A stretch of DNA of 64,000 nucleotides from an uncultured Polaribacter sp. GTDB taxonomy: Bacteria; Bacteroidota; Bacteroidia; Flavobacteriales; Flavobacteriaceae. The stretch lies in the NCBI RefSeq assembly GCF_964000115.1, contig NZ_CAXEWW010000005.1; one strand, given 5' to 3'. The position numbers and the translations under genes are program-made. This document shows positions 19,084 to 29,134 of the stretch, piece after piece. The first letter of the stretch is position 1. Every line of letters begins with the position of its first letter. The notes below the pieces were generated by a model. That model was not told where the DNA came from. It saw nothing but the letters and a program-made list of their open reading frames with translations, and did no database searches.

Positions 19084-19599
19084 ATGATTTTTAAGGGACT
19101 TAAGCATACTGTTTTAAAAAATAAGTTTGACGCTTTAATAGCGCAATCAGAAGTTTGTAGGGCGATGCCTTCGCATAAAATTCAATCTGTTGGAATTATC
19201 ACTTTTGAAGAAATTTCCTCAAAAATAGACTTGCAAAAAGAAATAGAAACTATTTTAGGCGTTAGAAATACTAAAATTTATAGCTTACGCAAATTTAGTA
19301 AGACAGATGAATTTTCTTATAAACACTTTACTGAAAATGATATTAATTGGAAAGGGAAGTTTACCCAAACGAGTTTTCAAATTTTTCTAGAAGAGCCTTT
19401 AGATTTAATAATCGGGTATTTTAATACGAATAATATTTTCTTAGAAACCGCTATTTTGAAATCAAAAGCAGAATTTAAAGTCGGTTTTTCAGACATAAAT
19501 CCCCATTTGTATGAAATTGAAATATCAGAGAAAGTAGAAAATATTGTGGCGTTTACTTCAGAGTTAAAACGCTACTTAAAAATCATTAATAAACTATAA
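19084..19599 (+). CDS. Hypothetical protein (171 aa)
   Basis: Clean ORF with no motif I recognise, followed by a hairpin. Confidence 0.5.
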   Translation: MIFKGLKHTVLKNKFDALIAQSEVCRAMPSHKIQSVGIITFEEISSKIDLQKEIETILGVRNTKIYSLRKFSKTDEFSYKHFTENDINWKGKFTQTSFQIFLEEPLDLIIGYFNTNNIFLETAILKSKAEFKVGFSDINPHLYEIEISEKVENIVAFTSELKRYLKIINKL

Positions 19600-19651
19600 A
19601 ATTAAACTTTCTATTTAAAGTTGTTTATTCTCTTTATCCTTTTAGGATTCC

Positions 19652-19671
19652 ATTCAGAATTCAATCTGAAT
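19652..19671 (+). terminator. Hairpin after the 171-aa ORF
   Basis: ATTCAGA / TCTGAAT 7-bp stem with a 6-nt loop, followed by the T-rich AGTGTAGTTTTGTTT. The stem is AT-rich, so the call is modest. Confidence 0.4.
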
Positions 19672-19703
19672 AGTGTAGTTTTGTTTCATTAAATATGTAA
19701 AAG

Positions 19704-20579
19704 ATGCAAAAATTTGTAGGAATGGGTGTTGCTTTAGTGACACCTTTTAAAGAAGATTTAAGTGTAGATTTTGAGGCACTTATAAATTTAGTGAATTTCA
19801 ATATCGCAAATGGTACCAGCTATATAGTGATCAATGGAACGACTGCGGAAAGCGCAACAATTAGCAAAGAGGAAAAACTACAAATTACGGCGTGTATCGT
19901 AAAAACAACTGCAAAGAGAATTCCTTTAGTTTTAGGTATTGGTGGTAATAATACGTTGGAAGTTATCAAAGAGATAAAAGCAACTGATTTAACTAGTATC
20001 GAAGGTATTTTATCGGTAGTGCCCTATTATAGTAAGCCCACTCAAGAGGGGTTTTATCAACATTTTAAAGCCATTGCTGCAGCTACTGAAAAACCAATTA
20101 TTTTGTACAACGTTCCTGGGAGAACCGCAAAAAATATGGATGCTTTAACAACGATCCGTTTAGCGAGGGATTTTAAGAATATTGTTGGAGTTAAAGAGGC
20201 AGGAAATAATATGCAGCAATACTTAGAGCTCTTAAAAAATAAGCCAGCTGGTTTTTTGGTAATCTCTGGTGATGATGATTTGGCATTAGGAATCACTTTA
20301 GCAGGTGGAGCAGGTGTTATTTCTGTAATTGGACAAGCCTATCCAAAAGAGTTTTCTAATTTAATTAATTTTGGTTTAAAAGGGGATAATCAAGAAGGAT
20401 ATGCGATGCACTTCAGAATGATGACTATTATAGATGCAATCTTCGAAGAAAATAATCCTGCTGGAGTAAAAACAGTTTTAAAAGAATTAGAGATTTGTGG
20501 AAATGAAGTTCGGTTACCGCTGGTAAAAGCCTCTTCTCAACTCTGTAGAAATATTGCTGACTTTGTGCGCTCTTTTTAA
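19704..20579 (+). CDS. dapA: 4-hydroxy-tetrahydrodipicolinate synthase (291 aa)
   Basis: DapA pattern: GVALVTPF, INGTTAES, ILYNVPGRT. Confidence 0.9.
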   Translation: MQKFVGMGVALVTPFKEDLSVDFEALINLVNFNIANGTSYIVINGTTAESATISKEEKLQITACIVKTTAKRIPLVLGIGGNNTLEVIKEIKATDLTSIEGILSVVPYYSKPTQEGFYQHFKAIAAATEKPIILYNVPGRTAKNMDALTTIRLARDFKNIVGVKEAGNNMQQYLELLKNKPAGFLVISGDDDLALGITLAGGAGVISVIGQAYPKEFSNLINFGLKGDNQEGYAMHFRMMTIIDAIFEENNPAGVKTVLKELEICGNEVRLPLVKASSQLCRNIADFVRSF

Positions 20580-20748
20580 TTTTTAGATGTCAAAATAGGT
20601 AAGGAGTAACCTTTTGTTGAAATTAGAGAATTAACAAACCTTTAGCAGGATATTTCATTTTTTATTTCATTTTTTTAAGATTATTGCAATGCGAAAGCAA
20701 CTGTGTTAAAAAACCTTTTATTAATCCATATTTAATCACTAATTTTGC

Positions 20749-21612
20749 ATGATGCAAAAAATTAAAAATTTAGCGTATTTAGTAGTATGTAGTGTACTCT
20801 TGTATTCCTGTGGGGAATACCAAAAAGTATTGAATAAAGGGTCCTCTGAAGAGCAGTATAAAATGGCTGTAAAAATGTATGAAACTCAGGAATATAGCAA
20901 AGCGATTCGCTTGTTTGAGAAAATTACACCTTTGTATCGAGGAAAACCTCAGATGGAACGTATTGAGTTCATGGTGGCGCAATCTAACTTTAATGAAAAA
21001 AATTACGGTTTTTCGGGTTTCCAGTTTGATCGTTTTACAAATAGTTATACGAAGAGTTCTAAAAAAGAAGAAGCTGCTTTTTTATCGGCATACAGTTATA
21101 AATTGGCATCTCCAAGGTTTAGTATAGACCCAACAAAGACTCGGAAAGCCTTAGATGCTTTTCAGGAGTTTATAAATACATATCCGGATTCAGATAAAAT
21201 AGAAGAGGCAAATAAATACTATGCTGAAATTAGAACAAAGCTAGAAAAGAAGTATTTTGAAATAGCGAAAACATATTATAGAACTGCAGGGTATGACTTG
21301 AGAAATTACAAAGCTGCAATTCAGGCTTTTGATAATTTATTAGAAGATTTTTTAGGGACAAAGTATAAGGAGGAAGCGCTCTATTTTCGTTTAAAAGCAG
21401 CACATGATTTTGTTTTAAAAAGCACCGATAGACGAAAATTAGAAAGAATTGAAAGTGCAATAGAAGCACATGAAAAGCTGCAAAGGAGTTTTCCAGAATC
21501 AAAATTTAAGGAATCGGCAGATGGAATGTTGGTAACATTACAAACCGAAAAAACAAGAATTGATGTCATCGCTGCAGAGCGCATAACATCTGATAATTTA
21601 TTAAAGCAATAA
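20749..21612 (+). CDS. bamD: Outer membrane protein assembly factor BamD-like TPR lipoprotein (287 aa)
   Basis: Lipobox LLYSC, TPR-like repeats, and the conserved flavobacterial order bamD-rpoZ-coaBC. Confidence 0.7.
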   Translation: MMQKIKNLAYLVVCSVLLYSCGEYQKVLNKGSSEEQYKMAVKMYETQEYSKAIRLFEKITPLYRGKPQMERIEFMVAQSNFNEKNYGFSGFQFDRFTNSYTKSSKKEEAAFLSAYSYKLASPRFSIDPTKTRKALDAFQEFINTYPDSDKIEEANKYYAEIRTKLEKKYFEIAKTYYRTAGYDLRNYKAAIQAFDNLLEDFLGTKYKEEALYFRLKAAHDFVLKSTDRRKLERIESAIEAHEKLQRSFPESKFKESADGMLVTLQTEKTRIDVIAAERITSDNLLKQ

Positions 21613-21622
21613 TTAATTAGAG

Positions 21623-21943
21623 ATGGATTATAAAGAAACAAAGGCACCATTAAGCACAATTACGTACGATAAAAACGAAATCGAAGCGCCAACAGAGAAT
21701 ATCTATGAGGCAATTTCTATTATCGCAAAAAGAGCAAATCAAATTAATTCTGATATTAAGAATGAATTGGTTGAGAAGTTAGAAGAGTTTGCTACTTATA
21801 ACGATTCATTAGAAGAGGTTTTCGAAAATAAAGAGCAGATCGAAGTTTCTAAGTTTTATGAAAGATTACCAAAACCAACGGCAATGGCTGTTGAGGAATG
21901 GTTGCAAGGTAAAGTATACCACAGAACACCAGAAACAGAGTAA
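21623..21943 (+). CDS. rpoZ: RNA polymerase omega subunit-like protein (106 aa)
   Basis: Size, the acidic helical sequence (NIYEAISIIAKRANQIN) and the position between bamD and coaBC. Its stop overlaps the coaBC start (TAATG). Confidence 0.6.
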   Translation: MDYKETKAPLSTITYDKNEIEAPTENIYEAISIIAKRANQINSDIKNELVEKLEEFATYNDSLEEVFENKEQIEVSKFYERLPKPTAMAVEEWLQGKVYHRTPETE

Positions 21944-23154
21944 TGTCTGTCTTAAAAGAAAAGAAAATTCTTTTAGGAATCACTGCGGGAATTGCAGCAT
22001 ATAAAACGGCTAGTTTAGTCCGTTTATTTATTAAATTAGGCGCAGAAGTTAAAGTTGTAATGACACCTGCGTCTAAAGATTTTATAACACCTCTTACATT
22101 ATCTACACTTTCAAAAAATCCTGTGCATTCTTCTTTTTATACGAAAGAAGATGAAAATGAGCTCTGGAATAACCATGTAGAATTAGGGCTTTGGGCAGAT
22201 TACATGCTCATTGCACCAGCAACAGCAAATACCCTATCGAAAATGGCAAATGGTGTTTGCGATAATCTACTGTTAGCTACGTATTTGTCGGCAAAATGCC
22301 CAGTCTATTTCGCGCCAGCAATGGATTTAGATATGCATGCCCACCCTTCCACAACAGAAAGCTTAGAAAAACTACAATCTTTTGGAAATCTATTAATTCC
22401 TGCAACCTCAGGAGAACTTGCAAGTGGTTTGATGGGTGAAGGAAGAATGGCAGCGCCCGAGGATATTGTATCCTTTATAGAAAAAGATGTATTAGATACA
22501 TTGCCTTTAAAAGGAAAGAAAATTTTGATAACTGCCGGACCTACTTACGAAGCAATAGACCCCGTTCGTTTCATAGGAAACCATTCCTCAGGTAAAATGG
22601 GCTTTGCAATTGCAAATGTTGCAGCCAGTTTAGGTGCGCAAGTGTCTTTGATATCTGGTCCAACAAACCAGCAGGCCAAGCATGCTTCAATACATAGAGT
22701 GGATGTAACTTCTGCTCAAGAAATGCATACTGCTGTGCATCTTTGTTTTAAAGAGATGGATATTGCAATACTTTCCGCTGCCGTAGCAGATTATAAACCA
22801 AAAAATATTGCTACTCAGAAAATAAAAAAGGCTGCAGGATCGTTAGATATTGAACTTATGCCAACAAAAGATATTTTAGCTTCTTTAGGTAAGGTTAAGA
22901 AACATCAATTTTTAGTTGGTTTTGCTTTAGAAACTAACAATGAAATAGAAAATGCAAAAGCAAAGCTAAAAAGGAAGAATCTAGACCTAATCGTTCTAAA
23001 CTCTTTAAAAGACAAGGGCGCCGGTTTTGCAACAGACACAAATAAAATTACTATTATTGACCAAGATTTGAATAAAATAAACTTTGAGTTAAAGTCCAAA
23101 GTGTTGGTTGCTGAGGATATTATAAAAGAAATAATATTGAGAGTAAATAAATAA
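21943..23154 (+). CDS. coaBC: Bifunctional phosphopantothenoylcysteine decarboxylase / phosphopantothenate-cysteine ligase (403 aa)
   Basis: N-terminal flavoprotein motif KKILLGITAGIAAYK and C-terminal CoaB region ITAGPTYEAIDPVRFIGNHSSGKMG. Confidence 0.9.
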   Translation: MSVLKEKKILLGITAGIAAYKTASLVRLFIKLGAEVKVVMTPASKDFITPLTLSTLSKNPVHSSFYTKEDENELWNNHVELGLWADYMLIAPATANTLSKMANGVCDNLLLATYLSAKCPVYFAPAMDLDMHAHPSTTESLEKLQSFGNLLIPATSGELASGLMGEGRMAAPEDIVSFIEKDVLDTLPLKGKKILITAGPTYEAIDPVRFIGNHSSGKMGFAIANVAASLGAQVSLISGPTNQQAKHASIHRVDVTSAQEMHTAVHLCFKEMDIAILSAAVADYKPKNIATQKIKKAAGSLDIELMPTKDILASLGKVKKHQFLVGFALETNNEIENAKAKLKRKNLDLIVLNSLKDKGAGFATDTNKITIIDQDLNKINFELKSKVLVAEDIIKEIILRVNK

Positions 23155-23261
23155 GATTATTTTTTAATAAATGCTCCCCTTAAAAGAGTCTTTTTTTATC
23201 AGTTGAAAACAATATATTTGTTTTAGAAAAAAAAATAAAATTGATTGAAATTTTAAAATTT

Positions 23262-24152
23262 ATGCATAAAATAGCAGTGTTTCTTGTGGTATTGTTTTCA
23301 GTTTTTCGTCTAAACGGACAAGAATTAAACTGCTTGGTTACTGTAAACTCTGATCAGATTGCAGGGTCTAATAAACAGGTGTTTTCAACCTTACAGCAGG
23401 CTTTGAATGAATATATTAATCAAACTGAGTGGACAGATAGAGTCGTGAGGCCTGAAGAACGTGTGAATTGTGCAATGACCATTATTATTACTGCAAGAAA
23501 TAATAATAATTTCACAGCCACATTGCAAGTACAGTCCACAAGACCAGTTTACGGCTCCAGTTATGCATCGCCAATTCTGAATATAAAAGACAAGGATTTC
23601 AGTTTTAAATACAATGAATTTGATCCCTTAATTTATAATAAAAATTCTTTTGATAGTAATTTAGTTTCTACCATTTTCTTTTATGCGAATATTATTTTAG
23701 GTATTGATGCTGATACCTTTGCTATGAATGGTGGAAAGAAAGAGCTTGAAGAAGCTCAGAATGCGATGTTGCAGGCACAGCAAAGCGGACTTGCTGCATG
23801 GCAAAATGTAGTGGGCAAGCAAAATAGATATGTACTTATTGATAACCTATTGTCTCCAAAGTTAAAAGAGTACAGACGTGTATTATATACGTATCATCTG
23901 AAGGGATTTGATGAATTAATAAGCTCAAAAGCAACTGCTCAACAGCGCATTGAAAATAGTATTATTTCTTTAGAGAGCCTTTACAATAAGACAGTAGGTA
24001 ATTATCTAATTCGATTGTTTTTTGATGCAAAGTCAGATGAAATTGTAAGCATGTATTCAGAGCAAACTAAAACAAGAAATAAGCAGCGATTGATTGAAGT
24101 CGTCCGTAAAATTTCTCCAAATAATAATGCAAAGTGGAGGAAATTAGATTAA
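23262..24152 (+). CDS. DUF4835-type secreted protein (PorD-like; about 296 aa)
   Basis: Signal peptide MHKIAVFLVVLFSVFRLNGQ. Position between coaBC and recN is as in other Flavobacteriia. Start moved to ATG 23262 from the track TTG at 23241. Family name is from memory. Confidence 0.55.
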   Translation: MHKIAVFLVVLFSVFRLNGQELNCLVTVNSDQIAGSNKQVFSTLQQALNEYINQTEWTDRVVRPEERVNCAMTIIITARNNNNFTATLQVQSTRPVYGSSYASPILNIKDKDFSFKYNEFDPLIYNKNSFDSNLVSTIFFYANIILGIDADTFAMNGGKKELEEAQNAMLQAQQSGLAAWQNVVGKQNRYVLIDNLLSPKLKEYRRVLYTYHLKGFDELISSKATAQQRIENSIISLESLYNKTVGNYLIRLFFDAKSDEIVSMYSEQTKTRNKQRLIEVVRKISPNNNAKWRKLD

Positions 24153-24455
24153 AAAATCTTTCGTTTTTACCATTGATAAACACACAGCTTCTTATCGTGT
24201 TTTAGTTTAATTTTTTTTTATGTAATGTATTTTGCTTCTAAAAGACGCTTTTTTTGTTTTCAAAAGAACTTCTACAATACAGGAAACCGATCGGGATGTG
24301 CGGTCTTACTTTATTTGTAAGTAAGCATTTAAAAGAAATTAAAAAGGTATTCGAACCTGAGGAATGAAAGAACGGGAAAAGCTCTAATTCTAATTCAATC
24401 TTTCTGTATTAGTAATTAAATTTTCATTATTTTTAGCTTCTAAAAATTAGCCAAT

Positions 24456-26108
24456 TTGCTTACACAACTTTCTATTAATAATTACGCGCTAATCAATCAT
24501 TTAAGTATTGATTTTTCTTCGGGTCTTTCAATAATCACAGGAGAAACAGGTGCCGGTAAGTCTATTTTATTAGGTGCTTTAGGATTAGTGCTAGGGAATA
24601 GAGCGGATTTGTCTTCATTAAAAGATACGTCCACCAAATGTGTAGTAGAAGCTAGAGTTGAGATTTCAAACTATCACTTACAAGACTTTTTTCATTCGGT
24701 AGATTTAGATTATGAGGCAGAAACTATTATCCGAAGAGAAATTCTTCCCTCAGGTAAGTCCAGAGCCTTTGTCAATGACACTCCAGTCAAGTTGACGGTT
24801 CTAAATGAATTAAGAGAAAAGTTGATCGATGTGCATTCGCAGCACCAAACCATGCAATTGTCTGACGTAAAGTTTCAATTTGATATTTTAGATGCATTGG
24901 CTAAAAACAGGGATCGCGTAGCCATCTATAAAAGAGATTTCGGGCAGTTATCCTTGCTAAAAAAAGAACTATTAGCCATCGAGACTGCCCAGAAAGAAGC
25001 AAATCAGCAATATGATTATAATTTCCATTTATTTACAGAATTAGAAGCAGCAGCTATTCAGTTGGAAGAACAAGAGGGCTTGGAAGAAAATCTAGATAAG
25101 TTAAATAATATTGAAGATATTAAATTGAGTTTATCTGAAAGTTTAGAATTGTCTGTTAATGAAGAAGTGGGGCTTCAGAACTCATTAAACGCTCTAGAAT
25201 TTAAGGTCTTGAGAATTGCTTCTTTTTCAAAAGAGTACAAGGAGCTAGCAAACAGAGTTACCTCTATAAAGATTGAGATGGATGACATTGTTTCAGAATT
25301 GGAAAATGCCAATGAGAACGTCTCTCTTGACCCGGATGAAGTTGAAAAAATTAATGATAGATTACAGCTATTGTACAATCTTCAGAAGAAACATTATGTA
25401 AATTCTAACGAAGAGTTATTGGTAGTTTTTGAAGAATTATCAGACAAAGTGCGCCAAGTGGCCTCTGCAGAAGACGAACTACATAAAAAGAAAGAACAAA
25501 TTGAGGTGACTTCAAAAAAGTTAGATGATGTTGCAGAAAAAATTTCAAAAGCGCGCACAAGTGCAATTCCTAAACTAATAAAGGCATTGGAGTTTTTATT
25601 AAGTGACCTAGGGATGGGCAATGCTCGCTTCTCTATGAAAGCAATACCAACTAGCTCTTATTTTGCGAACGGAAAGGACGAGTTAGAATTTCTTTTCTCA
25701 GCAAATAAAGGTGGTAATTTTGGTGCGTTAAAGAAGGTGGCTTCTGGAGGAGAACTATCTCGAATTATGCTCTCTGTAAAAAAGGTTCTTTCGGAAAATA
25801 TGCAATTGCCCACTATTATTTTTGATGAAATAGATACTGGAGTTTCTGGAGAGGTTTCGAATAAAATTGCAGCAATTATGCAACAAATGAGTGTCAATAT
25901 GCAGGTGATTGCAATTACCCACTTGCCTCAGATTGCAGCCAAAGGAAGTAATCATTATAAAGTATATAAGGAGGAAATCCATGGAATTACTACCACAAAC
26001 TTAAAAGAGTTGTCTTCTGAAGAGCGCATCTTTGAAATTGCAGAAATGTTAAGTGGTAAAGAGATTTCTGATACTGCACTTACACATGCCAAAGAATTGT
26101 TGAATTAA
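24456..26108 (+). CDS. recN: DNA repair protein RecN (550 aa)
   Basis: Walker A GETGAGKS, a long coiled-coil middle, and a C-terminal SMC-type signature and Walker B (GGELSRIMLS, IIFDEIDTG). TTG start. Confidence 0.9.
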   Translation: MLTQLSINNYALINHLSIDFSSGLSIITGETGAGKSILLGALGLVLGNRADLSSLKDTSTKCVVEARVEISNYHLQDFFHSVDLDYEAETIIRREILPSGKSRAFVNDTPVKLTVLNELREKLIDVHSQHQTMQLSDVKFQFDILDALAKNRDRVAIYKRDFGQLSLLKKELLAIETAQKEANQQYDYNFHLFTELEAAAIQLEEQEGLEENLDKLNNIEDIKLSLSESLELSVNEEVGLQNSLNALEFKVLRIASFSKEYKELANRVTSIKIEMDDIVSELENANENVSLDPDEVEKINDRLQLLYNLQKKHYVNSNEELLVVFEELSDKVRQVASAEDELHKKKEQIEVTSKKLDDVAEKISKARTSAIPKLIKALEFLLSDLGMGNARFSMKAIPTSSYFANGKDELEFLFSANKGGNFGALKKVASGGELSRIMLSVKKVLSENMQLPTIIFDEIDTGVSGEVSNKIAAIMQQMSVNMQVIAITHLPQIAAKGSNHYKVYKEEIHGITTTNLKELSSEERIFEIAEMLSGKEISDTALTHAKELLN

Positions 26109-26257
26109 TTTTAAGGTACTACCCATAAACAGGTATCCATGAAGTTGATGGTCTCATAAATTTTCAAATTTTTGAGAAACAACCGGTTTATAAATATTGA
26201 GAGAGGAATGAGTTTAGATATTACTAAAACGAACTGCCACAAACAAAAATCAAAGAT

Positions 26258-27073
26258 TTGTACAATTTATTAAAAGGTAAAAAAGGAATTATATTTGGTG
26301 CTTTAAACGCAAATTCTATTGCTTGGAAAACGGCGGAACGTGCACATGAAGAAGGAGCAGATTTTGTTTTAACAAACACAGCAGCTTCCATTCGAATGGG
26401 AACATTAGAAATATTGGCCGCAAAAACAGGTTCTCAAATAATTCCAACAGATGCAACTTCTATAGAAGATTTAAACAACTTAGTTGAAAAATCTATGGAA
26501 GTTTTAGGAGGTAAAATAGATTTTGTTTTACATTCAATTGGGATGTCAGTAAATGTTCGAAAAGGAAAATCGTATACAGACCCCAATTACGATTTTACAA
26601 AAAAAGGTTGGGATGTCTCTGCGGTCTCTTTTCATAAAATGTTGAATGTTTTATACAGGAAGAAAGCTATGAATGAATGGGGTTCAATTGTTGCATTAAC
26701 TTATATGGCCGCGCAAAGAGTGTTCCCAGATTATAATGATATGGCAGATAATAAAGCCTATTTAGAATCTGTTGCACGTAGTTTTGGGTATTTCTTTGGT
26801 AGAGACTATAAAGTGCGTGTAAACACCATTTCTCAGTCTCCAACGCTAACAACTGCCGGCACTGGTGTAAAAGGTTTCAACGGTTTCATCGCCTATTCTG
26901 AAAAAATGAGTCCGCTTGGAAATGCAACTGCATTAGAATGTGCAGATTATACAATCGCTATGTTTTCAGACTTGACAAAAAAAGTGACCTTGCAAAATTT
27001 ATTTCATGATGGTGGTTTCTCTAATATGGGCGTAAGCGATAGGGTTCTAGAAAATTTTGTAGATGAAGAGTAG
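26258..27073 (+). CDS. fabI: Enoyl-ACP reductase FabI (SDR type, 271 aa)
   Basis: N-terminus LLKGKKGIIFGALNANSIAW plus Tyr/Lys catalytic region (LTYMAAQRVFPDYNDMADNKAYLES). There is an in-frame TAA 30 nt upstream and no ATG, so the TTG start is accepted. Confidence 0.85.
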   Translation: MYNLLKGKKGIIFGALNANSIAWKTAERAHEEGADFVLTNTAASIRMGTLEILAAKTGSQIIPTDATSIEDLNNLVEKSMEVLGGKIDFVLHSIGMSVNVRKGKSYTDPNYDFTKKGWDVSAVSFHKMLNVLYRKKAMNEWGSIVALTYMAAQRVFPDYNDMADNKAYLESVARSFGYFFGRDYKVRVNTISQSPTLTTAGTGVKGFNGFIAYSEKMSPLGNATALECADYTIAMFSDLTKKVTLQNLFHDGGFSNMGVSDRVLENFVDEE

Positions 27074-27113
27074 TTTTTTTGTGCTATTTTTACAGCAGAA
27101 CTAAATATATAAT

Positions 27114-27560
27114 ATGGGTTTTTTTAATAAAATTGACACAGTATTTAAATCATCTGAAAGTTTTAAGTTGATGGAGAGAACGGCGCTTGATCTTAAAATT
27201 GAAGCAGATATTACGGCCTATGGAATTCAGAAGTTTGCAGTATCGGCCTACGGTGATTTATATTTAAAAATCGCAGAATTAGGAGGTTTTATAATCTTAG
27301 AAACTATTATTGTGAGTGATACGAACCTGAAAAGTAAAAAAGGAGCGCGGCTTTGCTTTTTAAAAGAAGAACAAATAGTAATATTTGAGTCAGATGAATA
27401 CATTATTGAATCTGATTTTTCTAAAACAGTAAAAAAAGCGATTACTAAGATTGATTATAATATATCAGTTGAAGATGCAGAAGTTTTTGCAGAAAAAAAA
27501 TACGACGCGGTTCGCTTTGAAATTAACGGAAAAGAGCTGTTGTTCTCTGTTGTAAATTAA
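27114..27560 (+). CDS. Hypothetical protein (148 aa)
   Basis: Clean ORF 6 nt upstream of the GT2 gene. No motif recognised. Confidence 0.45.
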   Translation: MGFFNKIDTVFKSSESFKLMERTALDLKIEADITAYGIQKFAVSAYGDLYLKIAELGGFIILETIIVSDTNLKSKKGARLCFLKEEQIVIFESDEYIIESDFSKTVKKAITKIDYNISVEDAEVFAEKKYDAVRFEINGKELLFSVVN

Positions 27561-27566
27561 GAACAA

Positions 27567-28523
27567 GTGAATTTAGTATATTCTATAATTATTCCGGTAT
27601 ACAATCGTCCAAATGAAATAGACGACTTACTAGAAAGTCTTACAAAGCAAGATTTTACTGGCTGTTTTGAAGTGCTTATTATCGAAGATGGTTCGACACT
27701 TAAAAGTGAAGGTGTTGTTGAGAAATATAAATCACAATTAAATATAAAATATTTCTTTAAAGAAAATACTGGAGCAGGGGCAAGTAGGAACTTTGGAATG
27801 GAAAATGCTTTAGCTAACTATTTTATTATTTTAGATTCAGATATTATTGTTCCAAAGCATTATTTGTCCGAAGTAAAAAAAGGATTAGAGATTAAATATA
27901 CAGCTGCATTTGGTGGTCCAGATCAAGCTCATAAGAGTTTTACTCCTTTACAGAAGGCTATTAATTATGCGATGACTTCGGTGCTAACAACTGGAGGAAT
28001 TCGCGGTAAAAAGTATGCTATTGGTAAATTTCAACCAAGAAGTTTTAATATTGGACTTTCGAAAATTGCTTTTGAAAAGACCCGAGGTTTTTCAAAAATG
28101 AAAAATGGAGAAGATATTGATTTAACTTTTCGTCTTTGGGAGAACGGATTTGACACGCAACTCTTAGAAAAGGCATTCGTGTACCATAAACGTAGAAGTT
28201 CTTTGCAGCAGTTCTTTAAGCAGACTTATGGTTTTGGAACGGCAAGGCCCATATTGAATAAAAAATATCCAGAAACAAAAAAACTTACTTATTGGTTTCC
28301 TAGTTTATTTATTATAGGATTCGATATAAGTATCCTTGCCGCTCTCTTTGACTATCCGCAAGCGCTCTTGGTGTTTTTATTGTACCTGCTATTTATCTTT
28401 TTAGATGCTTTTATTCAGAGTAAAAATTTAAAAGTAGCGCTTTTAAGCATTATAGCTTCTTATACGCAGTTTGCAGGGTATGGATTGGGATATTTAAGAG
28501 CTCAGTTTGTATCTAAGAAGTAG
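27567..28523 (+). CDS. Family 2 glycosyltransferase with C-terminal membrane segments (318 aa)
   Basis: GT2 pattern: IIIPVYNRPNEI, EDGS, the DxD-like ILDSD, and two C-terminal hydrophobic helices. GTG start. Confidence 0.8.
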   Translation: MNLVYSIIIPVYNRPNEIDDLLESLTKQDFTGCFEVLIIEDGSTLKSEGVVEKYKSQLNIKYFFKENTGAGASRNFGMENALANYFIILDSDIIVPKHYLSEVKKGLEIKYTAAFGGPDQAHKSFTPLQKAINYAMTSVLTTGGIRGKKYAIGKFQPRSFNIGLSKIAFEKTRGFSKMKNGEDIDLTFRLWENGFDTQLLEKAFVYHKRRSSLQQFFKQTYGFGTARPILNKKYPETKKLTYWFPSLFIIGFDISILAALFDYPQALLVFLLYLLFIFLDAFIQSKNLKVALLSIIASYTQFAGYGLGYLRAQFVSKK

Positions 28524-28657
28524 TGTGCTAACTCACATCTATTTTACAGTATAAAATCAAATTATTTTTTGATTGTGGACTTTAGAAGAGTGTTCATTGC
28601 ACTCGCGTTAGCGTAGGATGTTTTTTTTTAATAGAATTTAGTAGGGATGCAGCGACC

Positions 28658-28765
28658 TTAATTTTTAGTCACCTTGTTGTATTCATTGATCATGAAATAC
28701 GCCCAGACAACTACGCATACGATAACGAAAACAGAAAAGGACAGTACAATTTTATCTATGGTCAT
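28658..28765 (-). CDS. Unlisted 35-aa single-pass membrane mini-protein (MTIDKIVLSFSVFVIVCVVVWAYFMINEYNKVTKN)
   Basis: My own translation of the minus strand. The ATG at 28765 overlaps the last 14 nt of the 62-aa ORF. One hydrophobic helix. Below the ORF-track length cutoff. Confidence 0.35.
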   Translation of the reverse strand: MTIDKIVLSFSVFVIVCVVVWAYFMINEYNKVTKN

Positions 28766-28940
28766 TGTGTATCAGTTTTATGTAAATCATTACTCCTAAT
28801 AAAGTGGGAGCCCAAAGACCAATAAAAATTCCACGAAGTTTATCTCCTGATAAAAAGAAATATTCTGCTACCACAATGATTACGATACACAAAGCGAGCA
28901 TTATAAAGTTGGAGATTCCTAATTTTCTAATAAAGTTCAT
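28752..28940 (-). CDS. Small two-helix membrane protein (62 aa)
   Basis: Two hydrophobic segments (FIMLALCIVIIVVAEYFFL and IFIGLWAPTLLGVMIYI). Isolated minus-strand ORF between plus-strand blocks. Confidence 0.45.
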   Translation of the reverse strand: MNFIRKLGISNFIMLALCIVIIVVAEYFFLSGDKLRGIFIGLWAPTLLGVMIYIKLIHNDHR

Positions 28941-29134
28941 GGTTTTGTTATTTGCTATAAAAATAATTTAAATTCTTCCATTTTAGGCTAATTAGGTATT
29001 AACTTTTTTAGATTTATTTTTTTTTATGGTTATTTAAGATTAAATTGTGATGGTTAAAACAATACATATCCCTTTTTTTTTATTACAATTAATTGATAAT
29101 GTGAGTTTTAGTAATTAAAAATACCAAACAATTT

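Noticed and set aside
19600-19703. Possible lysine riboswitch upstream of dapA
   Set aside because: The gap is only 104 nt and is mostly occupied by a simple AT-rich hairpin, so it is too short for an L-box.
20740-20747. TAATTTTG, an exact TAnnTTTG promoter-box match before bamD
   Set aside because: It ends 2 nt before the ATG, so a transcript starting about 7 nt downstream would begin inside the coding sequence. I judge it a chance match in AT-rich DNA.
24346-24357. GGTATTCGAACC, resembling the reverse complement of a tRNA T-arm
   Set aside because: The flanking bases do not form a T-stem, and I could not fold an acceptor or anticodon arm around it. It is not a tRNA gene, at most a relic.
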